Below, piece after piece: positions 19,285 to 28,734 of a DNA stretch of 64,000 nt. Source of the DNA: Candidatus Marinacidobacterales bacterium. GTDB lineage: Bacteria; Acidobacteriota; Vicinamibacteria; Marinacidobacterales; SMYC01. The number at the start of each line of letters is the position of its first letter. The first letter of the stretch is position 1. The notes beneath the pieces were generated by a model. It was given only the letters and a program-made list of their open reading frames with translations. It was not told the origin of the DNA and searched no databases. The stretch spans positions 576,001-640,000 of the forward strand of contig CBDCYI010000009.1 of NCBI GenBank assembly GCA_965224085.1. The letters are read 5' to 3'. A program made the position numbers and the translations under genes.

Positions 19285-20696
19285 CACTCGTTTACCCCTC
19301 AGAACTCAAACGTTTCTCCTCGCCGGAGCGCGAATACGCGTTTCTCATCCCGTCATCGATGGTGCTCGAGCTCGACGATGAAGTCCGCTCCATCCTGGAC
19401 GCTCTCGAGGAAGGTCCGAAGCCCATCGAGGCGCTCGCCACCTCGCCGGGCGCAGAAGGCGCTCTAAGGGAGCTCGCCCGAGTCGGTGCCGTGCATCGCG
19501 ACGGCGCGCCCGATGTGCCGATGACCCAGCTCGCAACACCGCCCGAGCCCCCCCCCCTCAGCACGATCGTGCTCAACGTCACCAATAGCTGCAATTTGAG
19601 CTGCCGTTATTGCTACGAGTATGGCGAGGACCGTCTCGAGAAGTCCGCGCCGGCGGAAGTTATGAGCGAGGAGACGGCGCGGCAATCCGTCGATACGCTT
19701 TTCGCTGAGTCGGGCCGTAATGACAAGCTGCAGATTACGTTTTTCGGCGGCGAGACGCTGTTGAACTTCAAGATCATTCGTCCGACCGTGGATTACGCGC
19801 GCCAGCGCGCGAGAGAAGAAGGGAAGTTCGTCGATTTCAGCTTGACGACGAACGCGACGCTGCTCACCCGGAACATTAGCCAGTGGCTCGCGGATAACCG
19901 CATCGGCGTGACGGTGTCTATCGACGGTCCGAAAGAGATTCAGGACTCGATGCGCGTGTACGGGAAAACGGGCATGGGGAGCTACGACGTCGTCGCCCCG
20001 CGCATCAAAGAGCTCTTGTCGCTCTACAAGACCCGTCCCATCGGTGCGCGCGTCACGCTCACGTCGAAAGTCATCGATGTGACCAAGATCTTCCATCACT
20101 TGACCGAAGAGATGGGCTTTTACGAAGTCGGCTTCGCCCCGGTGACGTCGTCGACGGGTCTCGACTACGCCATCGACGGCGACGGGTTCGACGAGCTTCT
20201 CGAGCAGTTCCGCGCCCTCGGGGAACGCTACGTGGAAGCCGCGCTCGCCGGCAAATATCTCGGCTTTTCGAACTTGAGCGACATGCTCGGTGAGGTCCAC
20301 AAAGGGGTGTCGAAAGCCTATCCCTGCGGCGCGGGCCTCGGCCTGCTCGGCGTCGCCCCCGGCGGCGAAATCGGCCTCTGCCACCGCTTCGCCGGCTCGG
20401 GAGACCACGACTTCGGCCACGTCGAGACGGGCGTCGACGCGAGCAAGCGCGCCGAGCACCTCGAGCGCGGGCATATCGACAAGCGGATCGATTGCAGCAC
20501 CTGCTGGGTCCGGAGCCTTTGCTCGGGCGGGTGTTATCATGAAGCCCAGGTGCGCTACGGTGACCGTTTTCGTCCCAACCTCCACTATTGCGACTGGATT
20601 CGCGAGTGGACGGCGATGGGGCTCGAAGTCTACGCAAAGTTACTGGACGGAAATCCCGAGTTTTTGGACCGCTTCGACGAAAGGAAAGTCGCATGA
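19281..20696 (+). CDS. qhpD: Radical SAM/SPASM thioether-forming maturase
   Basis: CNLSCRYC, FFGGETLLN, CGAG...CHRF...CSTCWVRSLCSGGCYHE; ATGA overlap with qhpA. Confidence 0.95.
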   Translation: MTLVYPSELKRFSSPEREYAFLIPSSMVLELDDEVRSILDALEEGPKPIEALATSPGAEGALRELARVGAVHRDGAPDVPMTQLATPPEPPPLSTIVLNVTNSCNLSCRYCYEYGEDRLEKSAPAEVMSEETARQSVDTLFAESGRNDKLQITFFGGETLLNFKIIRPTVDYARQRAREEGKFVDFSLTTNATLLTRNISQWLADNRIGVTVSIDGPKEIQDSMRVYGKTGMGSYDVVAPRIKELLSLYKTRPIGARVTLTSKVIDVTKIFHHLTEEMGFYEVGFAPVTSSTGLDYAIDGDGFDELLEQFRALGERYVEAALAGKYLGFSNLSDMLGEVHKGVSKAYPCGAGLGLLGVAPGGEIGLCHRFAGSGDHDFGHVETGVDASKRAEHLERGHIDKRIDCSTCWVRSLCSGGCYHEAQVRYGDRFRPNLHYCDWIREWTAMGLEVYAKLLDGNPEFLDRFDERKVA

Positions 20697-21022
20697 AGCA
20701 TTTGAAGGCGAAAAACCGCAAAGCTGAAGCCGTCATGGAGTTCTTGGAAGCGGAAGATGGCGGCGTCAAAGCGTTGCAGGACGACGCTACGCCTCACGTC
20801 CCCCCGGGCTGCACGACGATCTTCTCACCCGGTTGGGAAGTCGACAGCACGGGCGGAACGGCGAACCTCTGCCAGCCGATGGAGCGCGATCTTTATGACT
20901 GCTACAAGACGTGCTTCTGGCCGGCGCAAGTCCCGGACTATCTGAACAACAACCCCGACTGGCACTCCGGCTGCGCCAGCGCGACGCAAGACTGGCGGAA
21001 GATCGATCTGATTTTCCCGTAG
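20693..21022 (+). CDS. qhpC: QHNDH gamma subunit precursor (CTQ-bearing)
   Basis: MKHLK leader; GCTTIFSPGWEVD...LCQPMERDLYDCYKTCFWPAQVPD...QDWRK; ATG 20693 overlaps the qhpD stop. Confidence 0.95.
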   Translation: MKHLKAKNRKAEAVMEFLEAEDGGVKALQDDATPHVPPGCTTIFSPGWEVDSTGGTANLCQPMERDLYDCYKTCFWPAQVPDYLNNNPDWHSGCASATQDWRKIDLIFP

Positions 21023-21027
21023 AGACC

Positions 21028-22113
21028 ATGCGAAAAAAAGCCCTCGTCGTGCTGTTGGGGATGTTGGGCGCGGCCACTCCCTCCTTCGCTCAAAAAGAGC
21101 CCAACGTGTTCATCGCGGGCATCTGGCCCGATCGGATCATCTTTTTCGACCAGACGACCGACGCGTTCACGGACGGGCTCAGACTCCGCCACGGTGTAGC
21201 GACCGGCTCCGCGAACTATACGCCCGACAAACGACGCTTCTATGTGGTCACCGATCGCATGGAGTCGATCGAAGTGATCGACGCTGTGCGGCAAGAGGTG
21301 ATCGACGAGATCAAGCTCTCGACCCCAGAAAAACGCGTCCGTTTTTTCAGCGCCTATCCGAATCACGACGGTTCGAGAGTCTATTTGATCGTCAACGTCG
21401 TCGCGCTCGAGACGGATCGCTTCGTCCAAGACAACGACGTCGACGTCATGGTCTATGACTTCGGCGCACGGAGCGTCGTGGACAGCTTCAAGTTCCCCGA
21501 AGAGATCGTCGGCGCCCGGCGCCCGGCGTTCCACGTCTCTCCGGACGGAACCTCCCTTTATGTCATCGGCCGCGACCTCTACGAGTTCGATGCCGCGACC
21601 CGGGAGATCAAGAGAAAGAAAGTGCTCTCGAAACCGCTGCTGGCGGGCTATGGCGAGTTTCGCGGCTTGAGCTTGACGGAAACGGAGCCCGGCACCTTCT
21701 ACGGCATTTACCGCACCGTCGATCCCGTTCTGAAAAAGCGTATCTTCGGCGTCACCAAGCTCGACCTCTATGATATGAACGTGTCGACTTTCGAGCTCGG
21801 ACCTCAGCTGAAGCTCAACCGCTTTGCCCTCTCCCCTGACGGCAAACGCGGCTATGCCGGCCTCAATGACCTGGTCGTTGTCGACATGGAGAAGCAGAGG
21901 GTCATCCTCAAGAAGGAGAAGTTCGAGCGCGGGCGGACGAACAACTCGATGATCGTCGGCCATGACGGAACGAAGCTATATGTATCGGGCGTGGGCGACA
22001 CCGTATGGATCTACGACAGCGCGACCCTCGAGCTCATCAAGACCGTTTATGCCGGCGGTGATTTCATGATGACTCCCGTCGAGATCCCGAACCCCACCAC
22101 ATCGCAAAAGTAG
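21028..22113 (+). CDS. qhpB: QHNDH beta subunit (beta-propeller)
   Basis: Signal peptide, YVTN-like blades, C-terminal IYDSATLELIKTVYAGGD; position after qhpC. Confidence 0.8.
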   Translation: MRKKALVVLLGMLGAATPSFAQKEPNVFIAGIWPDRIIFFDQTTDAFTDGLRLRHGVATGSANYTPDKRRFYVVTDRMESIEVIDAVRQEVIDEIKLSTPEKRVRFFSAYPNHDGSRVYLIVNVVALETDRFVQDNDVDVMVYDFGARSVVDSFKFPEEIVGARRPAFHVSPDGTSLYVIGRDLYEFDAATREIKRKKVLSKPLLAGYGEFRGLSLTETEPGTFYGIYRTVDPVLKKRIFGVTKLDLYDMNVSTFELGPQLKLNRFALSPDGKRGYAGLNDLVVVDMEKQRVILKKEKFERGRTNNSMIVGHDGTKLYVSGVGDTVWIYDSATLELIKTVYAGGDFMMTPVEIPNPTTSQK

Positions 22114-22117
22114 TGCC

Positions 22118-23872
22118 GTGGGCCACTACCGGCGAGCCTTAGGCTTCGCCCTTCCCTACTGGAAGCGTCTCGGCTTCGTTCTTTTTGTCTCGATGTTTGC
22201 GACGCTGCTCGGGCTCGCGCAGCCTTACTTTCTCAAGGTCCTCATCGACGACGCTTTCTTGGCTGAGAACTTCTCACTACTCGTTCGCGTCTCCTTGCTC
22301 TTGTTCGCCGTCTCGGTCGCGAGCGTCGTGCTGAACGCCATCTCTGGCTACCGCTACATTCAAGTTTCGACGGAGGCGCTCTTCGACATCCGCCTCCGCG
22401 TCTTTCGCCATCTTCAAACACTGTCGCCGCGTTTTTACGCGAAGACACCGATGGGCGACATCCTCTCGAGACTGAACGGAGACGTGTCTGAGATTCAGAG
22501 GATCGCCTCCGATACGCTTTTGTCGTTCTTGACCAACATCGTTTTTCTCTGTGGGACGGTAACGCTTCTGATTTATCTGGAGCCGCGGCTGTTCCTCTTG
22601 AGTATCGCGCTCGTTCCTCCTTCGATCTGGGTTTTGAGGCGATACCGGAAGCAGGTGACGGGCAAGAATCTCAAGCTGCGCGAGCGAAGCGCCGACATTG
22701 GAAGCTTTTTGGTGGAGTCGTTTCTCGGAATGCGCCAGACGGTCGCGTCGCGTCAGGAAGCGCGCGAAGCGGCGCGCTTCCGGGAGAAGAACGATCGCTT
22801 CGTCCGTGCGCTCCTCGACCGACAAATCACGAACTACCTCGCTTCGGGAATCCCGGGCGTTCTGCTTTCGGTCTCGACGCTCGCGGTCTTTCTCGCGGGC
22901 GGCTACCTGGTGCTGCAAGGCAGCTTCAGCATGGGGAGCTTCGTCGCGTTCACAGCCTATCAAGCACGCCTGCTCGGACCGTTGTCGGGATTGATGGGTC
23001 TTTATTTGAGCTTGCGTGCGGCGGGTGCGTCGCTCGACAGGGTCTTCGAGCTCCTCGACGAACCTGCCGAAGTGGAAGAGCGCCCGGACGCAACCGGACT
23101 CACGGGCATGCGCGGCGAGATCGAGCTCCGGCATGTCGGCCTCGACCACGAGCGCGAGACCGTGCTGGACGATGTGAGCTTCAGAGTGACTCCGGCCACG
23201 ATAACAGCCATCGTTGGGCCGAGCGGTGTCGGCAAATCGACCATCGTGGATCTGATCTTGAGACGCCTCGACGTCGCTCGCGGGGAGCTCTTGGTTGACG
23301 GCATCGACGTGAAAGCGCTGCGCCTGGACGATTTGAGGCGCCACGTCGCCGTCGTCGAGCAGGAGACGTTTCTCTGGAACGCTTCTGTTCTGGAGAACAT
23401 CCGCTACGGCCGTCCCGAGGCGAGCGCGCGCGACGTCGAGAACAGCGCCCGACTTGCAGGGATCCATGAGGTCATTCTCAAAATGCCGCAAGGCTATCTC
23501 ACCCAAGTCGGAGAGCGAGGTCTTCAGCTCTCCGCGGGACAGAGGCAACGGATCGCGATCGCGCGCGCGATCTTGCAGGACGCGACGGTGCTGGTTTTAG
23601 ACGAAGCCACGTCGGCGCTCGACGGCGAGACCGAAGCTGGCATCGCGGAGGCGCTCCTGCCGCTCGTCCGCCACCGAACCACCCTCGTGTTCTCCCATCG
23701 CCTGCCGCTCGTCGCCAAAGCTGACCGTGTTCTCGTGCTCGAAGACGGCCGCATCGTCCAGGACGGCACGGTCGCCACGCTCTCACGCGAAGAGGGTACT
23801 TTCCAGAGGATATTCGGAAACGAGGAGAGCCTTTCTCCAGCAGGCAAGAGTCCTAGTGCCCGGACCCGCTGA
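22118..23872 (+). CDS. qhpF: ABC exporter (permease + ATPase)
   Basis: GDILSRLNGDVSEIQR, GPSGVGKST, LSAGQRQR, LVLDEATSALD motifs. Confidence 0.85.
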   Translation: MGHYRRALGFALPYWKRLGFVLFVSMFATLLGLAQPYFLKVLIDDAFLAENFSLLVRVSLLLFAVSVASVVLNAISGYRYIQVSTEALFDIRLRVFRHLQTLSPRFYAKTPMGDILSRLNGDVSEIQRIASDTLLSFLTNIVFLCGTVTLLIYLEPRLFLLSIALVPPSIWVLRRYRKQVTGKNLKLRERSADIGSFLVESFLGMRQTVASRQEAREAARFREKNDRFVRALLDRQITNYLASGIPGVLLSVSTLAVFLAGGYLVLQGSFSMGSFVAFTAYQARLLGPLSGLMGLYLSLRAAGASLDRVFELLDEPAEVEERPDATGLTGMRGEIELRHVGLDHERETVLDDVSFRVTPATITAIVGPSGVGKSTIVDLILRRLDVARGELLVDGIDVKALRLDDLRRHVAVVEQETFLWNASVLENIRYGRPEASARDVENSARLAGIHEVILKMPQGYLTQVGERGLQLSAGQRQRIAIARAILQDATVLVLDEATSALDGETEAGIAEALLPLVRHRTTLVFSHRLPLVAKADRVLVLEDGRIVQDGTVATLSREEGTFQRIFGNEESLSPAGKSPSARTR

Positions 23873-24578
23873 TCCTGTCGTGAATGCCAGGCCCTTTTCG
23901 GCGCTGACTCCGATATCCAAAGTTCGCGTCGGCGTCGCCGATAGCGGGATCAACCCGCATCACAGACATGTCGGTGGCGTGGCTGGCGGTGTGGGGCTGC
24001 GCTTCAGCGACGGTGTCGTCCAAGTCGATGACGCTTGGGAAGACATGCTCGGACATGGTACGGCGGCGGCCGCGACCATCCGCGCCCACGCGCCGAGCGC
24101 CGAGCTCTTCTCGATTCGTATCTTCCGACGGCGGCTCGAGACCCATGTCGACACGCTGCTGGGCGCGATCGAGTGGGCCATTTCAGGTTGTCCGAAGACT
24201 TTGGATCTTCTCAACTTGAGCCTCGGTTGCACGGAAGAGGCGCGCGCGCCGGAATTCGCCGCGGCTTGCGAGCGAGCGCACGAAGCGGGTCTCGTCATCG
24301 TCGCCGCCCATGAGGTATCGGGAGAGCCTTCGCTCCCGGGCCGCCTCGACGGCGTCGTCGCCGTGCGGGAGGATCGCGAGCTGGACGCGGACACGATCCG
24401 CTACGAGGACGGCGTTTTCGTGGCGTCGACATGGGCGCGTGAGCTTCCCGGCCTTCCCAAGGAGCGCAACTTTCATGGAGTCAGCTTGGCGGTCGCGCAC
24501 GTCACGGGCATGGCCGCCGCGCTTCTGGCCGCAGGCGTCGCCAAATCAGAGCTCGCCGAGAGGCTTATGCGCGGCTAA
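23856..24578 (+). CDS. qhpE: Subtilisin-like (S8) leader peptidase
   Basis: Catalytic triad VADSG, HGT, GVSLA; LNLSLG; start codon uncertain. Confidence 0.85.
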   Translation: MPGPADPVVNARPFSALTPISKVRVGVADSGINPHHRHVGGVAGGVGLRFSDGVVQVDDAWEDMLGHGTAAAATIRAHAPSAELFSIRIFRRRLETHVDTLLGAIEWAISGCPKTLDLLNLSLGCTEEARAPEFAAACERAHEAGLVIVAAHEVSGEPSLPGRLDGVVAVREDRELDADTIRYEDGVFVASTWARELPGLPKERNFHGVSLAVAHVTGMAAALLAAGVAKSELAERLMRG

Positions 24579-24587
24579 GCGCCCCCC

Positions 24588-24760
24588 GTTAGGGTCGAAG
24601 GCTGGCGCGGTCCTCCGTAGGTGTGGCCTATCTGTTTCTCCCCGTTTCCTCTGGGAGTGCCTCACTAGCCACACCGAAAGTCCGTTTCCAACCCCCCCAC
24701 CTCGCGCAGCGTGCGGATTTCCCGCACTGCGCGCTCCTGCACACTTCACGCGAAGGGTTA
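24588..24760 (-). mobile_element. Group II intron 3' remnant (domains V-VI)
   Basis: Minus strand GAGCGCGCAGTGCGGGAAATCCGCACGCTGCG...CGACCCTAAC; homologous to 55475-55628. Confidence 0.75.
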
Positions 24761-24859
24761 CGGGACCTAGCGGGCTGGATCGACTTTCGGCGGGGGTACC
24801 ATTCGCGGCGTTGAGAATGCGGAGACGGCTTGTCAGGAAACGAGGCGAGCTCTGATAGG

Positions 24860-25210
24860 GTGCCAGCCGTCGGCAGTTTTTTGTACCAGCGCAACAAGGT
24901 ATCGGGCGTCACGAGATCCGCAATTTCCTTCAGGCCAGCGCTACCCAACGTCCTCGCCTTCGCCACGAGCCGCGGCCGCTGCGCATCGGTAAAACGTAGT
25001 CGGCGTCCACCCAGTTGTTCCCGAACAGCGCGATTCTATTCTTTCAGGTAATCGATCGCGTCCTGTTGGAACCGGTTGACCCCGTAGGGCCAAAAAACTC
25101 ATGCTTCGTCCCGATGATAGAAACGCAGAAGCCCACCGAGCTTTGCCCGGCAACGAAGCGGGTCATTGGTCCGACGTGTATACCCGCTGACGGGGAACAA
25201 CAGTAAGTTG
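24860..25210 (-). pseudogene. Two rve-integrase remnants and an element end
   Basis: [18 protein letters not shown]; KLGGLLRFYHRDEA*; terminus CCCGTAGGGCCAAAAAACTC at 25081. Confidence 0.7.
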
Positions 25211-25347
25211 CCCGTCCCTTGTTGTTTCCTCTCGTGATGAAAATGCGTGATGTAGTGCTTCAGCGCGAGCCGAAGTTAGCTCTCCCCGAACAGAATCAAC
25301 GCCACCCAACGCAAAACCCTTCGCTGACGATGGGCCAACTTGATCCG

Positions 25348-25452
25348 CTTTCATGGAGTCAGCCTGGCAGTCGCGCACCTCACTGGCATGGCCGCCGCGC
25401 TTCTGGCTACAGGCGTCGCTAAATGAGAGCTCGCCGAGCGGCTTGTGCGCGG
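25348..25452 (+). repeat. Diverged duplicate of the qhpE 3' end (24470-24574)
   Basis: 95/105 identical by manual alignment; this copy has an in-frame TGA. Confidence 0.9.
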
Positions 25453-25495
25453 TTCGGGGTAGACATCACGCGGTCCATGGGCGTAGGCTCCGGGC

Positions 25496-26125
25496 GTGCG
25501 TTTATTCGCAGCAGCGTCTCTTGCGCTCGTGCTCGGCGCGCCGTCGGCGAGCCAGAAAGTGGCTCCCACGAAGGGCGTATTTCTGGTCGCGAAACCCAGC
25601 ATCGCCAGCGGCCCATTTTACAAGAGCGTGGTTTTACTGTTGTCGCATGGCGACGAAGGCACCCTTGGCCTCATCGTGAACCGTGCGACCGGGATACCGC
25701 TCTCGGAGGCGCTACCCGATCTCGATGACAGCGCCGCAACGCATGCGCTTCATTTCGGTGGGCCCGTGGCTCTCGAAGGACTCATCTTTTTATTCCGCAG
25801 CGATGAGCCGCCCGAGGGCGTCGACGGCGTTATGGGAAACGTGTATTTCAGCAGAAACACCAAAGTGCTCGAAGCGCTCATCGAAGAGCAACGCGGTCCG
25901 GAAGAGCTGCGGCTTTACCTGGGCCATTCCGGTTGGGCGCCGGGGCAGCTCGACAACGAGCTTCTTCGCGGCGATTGGGACGTCGTGCCCGCGGACGCTT
26001 TCACCGTGTTTCGAAAGAAGACCGAGACGATGTGGGATGAGCTAGCGAAGAGTCAGAAGGTCATCGCGCGTTCTTCCACACCTTCCCGTCCGTCACAACG
26101 AAGCGCACCCGCCGAAGAGAACTGA
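25496..26125 (+). CDS. YqgE/AlgH (DUF179) family protein with signal peptide
   Basis: FYKSVVLLLSHG, GLIVNR, FGGPV, YLGHSGWAPGQLDNEL motifs. Confidence 0.88.
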   Translation: MRLFAAASLALVLGAPSASQKVAPTKGVFLVAKPSIASGPFYKSVVLLLSHGDEGTLGLIVNRATGIPLSEALPDLDDSAATHALHFGGPVALEGLIFLFRSDEPPEGVDGVMGNVYFSRNTKVLEALIEEQRGPEELRLYLGHSGWAPGQLDNELLRGDWDVVPADAFTVFRKKTETMWDELAKSQKVIARSSTPSRPSQRSAPAEEN

Positions 26126-26240
26126 TGTCCTCGAGGGGGTTCCCCTCGACACCGATGAGGTCGGCCGCCATTCCCGCCTGAAGCGTTCCGACCGTTCGGT
26201 CGAGTCCGAGCGACTTCGCGGCGGCTGAATCCGAGGTTGT
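26061..26240 (-). pseudogene. Amidohydrolase C-terminal remnant
   Basis: AAKSLGLDRTVGTLQAGMAADLIGVEGNPLEDISSLRRVRFVVTDGKV. Confidence 0.75.
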
Positions 26241-26276
26241 CGGGCAAACACGCAGTCCCAACCGCGTCGTTGAGAA

Positions 26277-27872
26277 TTAGTCCGTTGTCCGTGCGGGAAG
26301 CGTCTTCGCGAGCGCTGCCGCGGAGCGCAGCGAGAGCGCCGCAAAAGTCAATGTCCCGTTGTTGCATCCGGACGAGACGATCGTCGGCGCCCCTACGACC
26401 CACAAGTTCTCGTGGTCGTGCGATCGGCCGACGGGGTCGACGACGCTCGACGCCGGCTCTCGGCCCATGCGACACCCTCCGCCCGGATGGTCGTGCAAGG
26501 AGTCGACGCGCGTCGACAAGGTCTTTCCGCCGCCGGCACGAACGATCTGATCGAAGACGCCGCGAATGCTGTCTTCCGTGTGCTGACGGAGCTCGGCCGA
26601 CCACTCGCTGTCGGCGAAGTCGATCCGAGGCAACGGATCCCCCCAAGAGTTTTTGCGATCAGAGTCGAGCGTGAGCGTGCTCTCTTTCGCGGGGATGACG
26701 TCGTAATAAGCACGCATGCGCGCGACGCCGGTCGCGGTACGCTTCCTCCAGTCGTCCAAGAGCGCATCGCCGAAAAGCCGCTTACCCCCATCGTCCGTGA
26801 GCCGCGGCCGGCGCCCGGCGTCCGACTCCCAGATACGAAGGTCGTGGCGCACATAACGCTCTGGTCTCTCGCGCTGAAACTTCTTGGAAAGCAAGCTGTC
26901 AGAGCGGTAGACGCCCGGATAGAGCTTCATCGGCACTTCAACATAGGTATTCAGGGAACGGTGCCCGGTGACGAACTTCCCGACCATCCCCGAGCGGTTG
27001 GCGACCCCGTTTGGGAAGCGATCGCTTCTAGAGAGCAGCAGGAGATGCGTACTCCAGCAGTAGCCGGACGCGAGCACGAAAGTGTTGGCGCGAAAATGGA
27101 TAGGCTCGTCCGGCGCGTCGCGGTCGAGTGCGACAGCGTGGTCGATGGCGTCCGATCCCTCCACTAGCTCGAGCTGGCGAACGAGGGTGCGGTCGTAGAA
27201 CTCGATGCGGCCTTCGTTCAATAGTCTTTGAAACGTAAAATCGGGCGTGTACTTCGCGCCTGTCGGGCAGATGCTGCAGGTATCGCAACGCGTGCACACG
27301 TTTCTTCCCTGATAAGGGACAGAGTTCTTCGCGACCGGATTGCGCCAGAACGGAATGCCCGACTTCTCACCCCATTCCTCGAGCTTCGCGAGGTTGTAGG
27401 AGACGGGAAGCGGCGGCAGCGGGTAGTCTTTCGAGCGCGGATCGAGCTCGGTAGGGCCAGGCGATCCCGCCACACCGAGTCGTTCCTCAGCCTGCTGATA
27501 GAACGGGTCGAGATCGTCATAGGTCAGTGGCCAGTCATAGCCGACGCCGTAGATCGAGCGAACTTGAAAATCCTCCGGCGAGTAGCGCGGGGTCGTCCCG
27601 CCCCAATGAAGCGCGAGCCCGCCGACCGCCATCGAACGTGATTGGATCCCCGTGCCGGTCTGGCCGCGGATGTGATCACCGGGCCACGGGTTCTCACGAT
27701 AAGCGAGAAAACGGGCGCGCCTGTCGAACCGTTCCTCGAGGTTGAAAATCTTGTCGCCAGCTTCGATGACGACGATCTTGGCGTCGGTCTCTTCAGTCAG
27801 CTTCTCGGCCACCATGGCGGCGCTGATGCCCGCGCCGATGATGACGACATCGCTCTCGATCGTCGTGGCCAT
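26277..27872 (-). CDS. GMC-family FAD oxidoreductase
   Basis: DVVIIGAGIS, VGGLALHWGG, CxxCxxCxxCP and HPGGGCRMG motifs; ATG 27872. Confidence 0.92.
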   Translation of the reverse strand: MATTIESDVVIIGAGISAAMVAEKLTEETDAKIVVIEAGDKIFNLEERFDRRARFLAYRENPWPGDHIRGQTGTGIQSRSMAVGGLALHWGGTTPRYSPEDFQVRSIYGVGYDWPLTYDDLDPFYQQAEERLGVAGSPGPTELDPRSKDYPLPPLPVSYNLAKLEEWGEKSGIPFWRNPVAKNSVPYQGRNVCTRCDTCSICPTGAKYTPDFTFQRLLNEGRIEFYDRTLVRQLELVEGSDAIDHAVALDRDAPDEPIHFRANTFVLASGYCWSTHLLLLSRSDRFPNGVANRSGMVGKFVTGHRSLNTYVEVPMKLYPGVYRSDSLLSKKFQRERPERYVRHDLRIWESDAGRRPRLTDDGGKRLFGDALLDDWRKRTATGVARMRAYYDVIPAKESTLTLDSDRKNSWGDPLPRIDFADSEWSAELRQHTEDSIRGVFDQIVRAGGGKTLSTRVDSLHDHPGGGCRMGREPASSVVDPVGRSHDHENLWVVGAPTIVSSGCNNGTLTFAALSLRSAAALAKTLPARTTD

Positions 27873-27876
27873 GGCG

Positions 27877-28476
27877 TTAGCTCTCGAGGGGCTCGGGCTC
27901 GTCGGGACCGGTATCGAGTCCGCGGCAGGTTTGCTTCTCGATCGCGGCACCGTAGCCGAGATCGTTCGCTTCGGAGGTTCGGTAGAAATAGGCGAGAAGC
28001 CCGATAGCAACATGAGGTGCGTCGCCCGCATAAGGAAGATCTTGCGGTATCTCGCGCGGGAGCTGCCGGTGAAGGATGGCTTGTTGGAGCGGCTCGTCGA
28101 CGGCGCTGAAAGAGCTCCCGTGACGTTTCCGGGCTTCGAGCTCGAGGGCTTCGAGCTGTGAGCACCAGTTTGGGCTCGGGTCGGGGGGCCCGTAGGCTAT
28201 CTCGTCGTTCCAGAGATAGTGATGATCCAGCTCGGCCACGGGCTCGAACGCGTTGAGCCATTTTACGAAGTCGTCGAGGATACGCGCCACGCCTTCGTCG
28301 CCGAGAGCCCCTTGGGGCAGAACGATACGACCCAGTGCGTCCAACGTCGCTCGATCAAGCGTCGTCGCCGCACCGACGGTTGCGGTCTCTCGCGACGGCG
28401 CGCAGCTCGCCGCCGCCAACCCGGACACGATGGTCGCGGACTTCTTTAGAAAATGGCGTCTATGTTCATGACTCAT
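27877..28476 (-). CDS. Tat-exported gluconate 2-dehydrogenase subunit-3-like partner
   Basis: RRHFLK Tat motif; directly upstream of the GMC gene. Confidence 0.7.
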   Translation of the reverse strand: MSHEHRRHFLKKSATIVSGLAAASCAPSRETATVGAATTLDRATLDALGRIVLPQGALGDEGVARILDDFVKWLNAFEPVAELDHHYLWNDEIAYGPPDPSPNWCSQLEALELEARKRHGSSFSAVDEPLQQAILHRQLPREIPQDLPYAGDAPHVAIGLLAYFYRTSEANDLGYGAAIEKQTCRGLDTGPDEPEPLES

Positions 28477-28734
28477 GGGCCCACTCCTTTGACGAGACGC
28501 TCGAAATATCCCACCGGCTTCTTGAATGCAAATGGCGACCCGGGGTGCGGGAGCGCGTTTTTGTCCGGTTGCAAGTGCCTTTCAGGACGACGATGTTACG
28601 CCGATGGTGGATGGTGGGCAACCCGTGGTCTGGGCTTTGTCAAAACTCCGTGAATACGACCGAGACCCGCAATTTGCCTGGCGAGCCAGAAATCTCTATC
28701 CTGCCAACTTCCTCTTGAAGGAGACGGACTGCAA

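Noticed and set aside
24470-25452. DGR template/variable repeat pair
   Set aside because: Mismatches are not adenine-specific and no reverse transcriptase is present.
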